Shown here piece after piece: positions 63,644 through 64,000 of a stretch of DNA of 64,000 nt. A model generated the notes under the pieces. It was not told the DNA's origin. It saw only the letters and a program-made list of their open reading frames with translations, and did not search any database. Each line of letters starts with the position of its first letter. Position 1 is the first letter of the stretch. The DNA is from Bacteroidales bacterium (GTDB taxonomy: Bacteria; Bacteroidota; Bacteroidia; Bacteroidales; UBA3824): contig JAGCVU010000003.1 in assembly GCA_017962175.1 (NCBI GenBank), forward strand, positions 21 to 64,020, read 5' to 3'. A program made the position numbers and the translations under genes.

Positions 63644-64000
63644 ATGGCAGATTTCATTTTCGACAACATTGATGCAGACAAAAGCAGACGCTACATTTAC
63701 GGTACTTATATCGAAATGGCGTTTCATAATTTTTTCATCACCCTCCAACATATTTATAAATGTGTCAAAGGTGTTTATCCTCCTCTTCAAGACGAAGATT
63801 TTGGCAAAGACGAAAACACCGAGTTTATCTTCGATGATTTTAAACAGGCCGAAGAAAAAGAACGTCTTAAATTGCTGTTGAATAAGCACTTCCCCTTTTT
63901 AAGAGTAATTGAAGACGATTTTAACGAATCCAACAAAATAGACATTATCAAAAAGTTTTTGGAGTTCTTAAAAGTGCTTCGCAATGCGGCTGAGCACGAT
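63644..64000 (+). CDS. cas13b: Cas13b-like (type VI-B CRISPR effector) N-terminal fragment; the ORF continues beyond the window
   Basis: Absent from the ORF track because there is no stop in the window. It has 119 codons from ATG 63644: MADFIFDNIDADKSRRYIYGTYIEMAFHNFFITLQHIYK...LLLNKHFPFLRVIEDD...FLEFLKVLRNAAEHD. The block order YGxYxxMAxxN / HFPFL / RNxxxH (R113, H118) matches remembered Cas13b N-termini and the Bergeyella HEPN1 pair R116/H121. Confidence 0.65.
   Translation, partial: MADFIFDNIDADKSRRYIYGTYIEMAFHNFFITLQHIYKCVKGVYPPLQDEDFGKDENTEFIFDDFKQAEEKERLKLLLNKHFPFLRVIEDDFNESNKIDIIKKFLEFLKVLRNAAEHD

Noticed and set aside
1-64000. Search for tRNA, rRNA, tmRNA or riboswitch-like elements in the intergenic regions
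   Set aside because: I could not recognise any cloverleaf or T-loop (GGTTCGAATCC-type) or rRNA-like segment by eye. This is a weak negative; tRNAscan or Infernal should be run.

Overview
This 64 kb window looks like a Bacteroidota, most likely Bacteroidales-type, chromosome segment. Three things support that: TAnnTTTG -7 promoter boxes upstream of many genes, type IX secretion (T9SS) machinery and cargo, and the nusB-DUF1573-yajC and rsfS-ftsH-cdsA-psd gene orders. All calls come from reading the sequence and ORF translations and from remembered family motifs; no searches were run.

The window divides into four parts:
1. 1-17.2 kb is mostly housekeeping: psd (partial), cdsA, ftsH, rsfS, rsmA, an Omp85-family protein, a TrmH-family methyltransferase, a PAS/GAF histidine kinase, a HEAT-cyclophilin lipoprotein, a GH24 lysozyme, yajC and nusB.
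2. 17.4-36 kb is a cell-surface island. It holds four T9SS C-terminal-domain cargo genes: a beta-helix/Listeria-Bacteroides-repeat protein, two BspA-type LRR paralogs flanking an Rpn-family nuclease gene, and a 2,9xx-aa giant adhesin-like protein.
3. 36-61.9 kb is mixed. It holds a PAS-SpoIIE phosphatase, alaS, an OmpA-family protein with two membrane-anchored paralogs that share a YfaP/DUF2135-like C-terminal domain, ROK glucokinase, an ECF-type sigma factor, LysE, gldJ with porP/sprF, acpH, an ABC transporter, a cbpA-like J-protein, a GT2 gene with DUF4199, an acyl-CoA ligase and argR.
4. 62.2-64 kb is a small defence-type locus. It holds an MqsR-like toxin, then an MqsA-like HTH protein with a long, possibly Panacea-like extension. 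After these comes the first 119 codons of an ORF that runs off the window and is absent from the ORF track. Its N-terminal blocks and RNxxxH motif match Cas13b.

Two dispersed intergenic repeat families are visible: a heptanucleotide microsatellite (CATAATK)n at six loci, and GC-rich palindromes, one of which shows a compensatory stem substitution. No rRNA, tRNA or CRISPR array was recognised in the window.
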